Positions 31,793 through 32,000 of a DNA stretch of 32,000 nucleotides are shown piece by piece. The notes beneath the pieces were generated by a model. It was given only the letters and a program-made list of their open reading frames with translations. It was not told where the DNA came from and did no database searches. The DNA is from Candidatus Saccharimonadota bacterium (GTDB lineage Bacteria; Pseudomonadota; Gammaproteobacteria; Enterobacterales; Enterobacteriaceae), in contig CP024013.1 of NCBI GenBank assembly GCA_002688505.1, forward strand, positions 180,001 through 212,000. Reading direction: 5' to 3'. Every line of letters starts with the position of its first letter. The first letter of the stretch is position 1. The translations under genes and the position numbers were made by a program.

Positions 31793-32000
31793 ATGAATAA
31801 TATTTTTGATTATTTAAATAGTAATTTATATAAAAGTAATTTAATTGAATCTTCTGCAGGTACAGGTAAAACTAATATAATTTCATTATTATATTTAAGA
31901 TTTTTATTAAATATTAATATTGATAAATATTTTTCAAATTTATTAATTAATAATATTTTAATAGTTACTTTTACTGATTTGGCATCATTAGAAATTAAAA
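31793..32000 (+). CDS. recB: Exodeoxyribonuclease V beta subunit (RecB), N-terminal part (runs off the window end)
   Basis: ATG at 31793. MNNIFDYLNSNLYKSNLIESSAGTGKTNIISLLYLRFLL...ILIVTFTDLASLEIK parallels E. coli RecB ..GERLIEASAGTGKTFTIAALYLRLLL...LLVVTFTEAATAELR. The Walker A motif GTGKT is present. Confidence 0.9.
   Translation, partial: MNNIFDYLNSNLYKSNLIESSAGTGKTNIISLLYLRFLLNINIDKYFSNLLINNILIVTFTDLASLEIK

Noticed and set aside
1-32000. A search for CRISPR arrays, IS elements or transposases, integrases, phage genes, toxin-antitoxin pairs, defence islands or rRNA/other ncRNA genes.
   Set aside because: Nothing of the kind is visible. All sizeable ORFs are accounted for by core housekeeping genes. 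The only structured G/C-rich RNA-like island is the tRNA-Ser. No direct-repeat/spacer periodicity or terminal inverted repeats were seen.

Overview
This window is a gene-dense stretch of an extremely AT-rich, highly reduced bacterial genome. By eye G+C is well under 20%, but I did not count it. Nearly every gene looks broken into fragments in the standard-code ORF track. All the breaks I checked are TGA codons at positions where homologues carry a conserved Trp. Reading TGA as Trp (table-4-like code) gives 31 protein genes and one tRNA, all apparently intact. 28 genes end in TAA, one in TAG and none in TGA. In order they are: rnc (partial), lepB, lepA, gltX, ligA, cls, ybgI, tRNA-Ser(UGA), tsf, rpsB, map, an unassigned 249-aa ORF, dksA, glnS, pfkA, rnz, fldA, pgk, fbaA, pmbA, ppa, ybhL, a dienelactone-hydrolase-family gene, pheT, pheS, rplT, rpmI, infC, thrS, ydjM, recC and recB (partial). 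Several blocks match Enterobacterales gene order: lepA-lepB-rnc, thrS-infC-rpmI-rplT-pheS-pheT, map/rpsB-tsf, pgk-fbaA and recC..recB. That points to a gammaproteobacterial, insect-endosymbiont-like origin, but I cannot name the organism. I found no CRISPR array, mobile element, defence or toxin system, or other novel multi-gene system; this is core housekeeping DNA. The observations worth a second look are reductive-evolution features. They include the UGA recoding, a ThrRS that begins at the catalytic core with no TGS or editing domains, and a DksA whose two coiled-coil-tip Asp residues are both Asn. They also include an infC that must start at a non-AUG codon overlapping the thrS stop, a CCA-less tRNA alongside a retained RNase Z, a BRCT-less LigA and convergent gene overlaps. 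Finally there is an A18 tract inside a CDS, an unassignable ORF, and ydjM abutting recC-recB.
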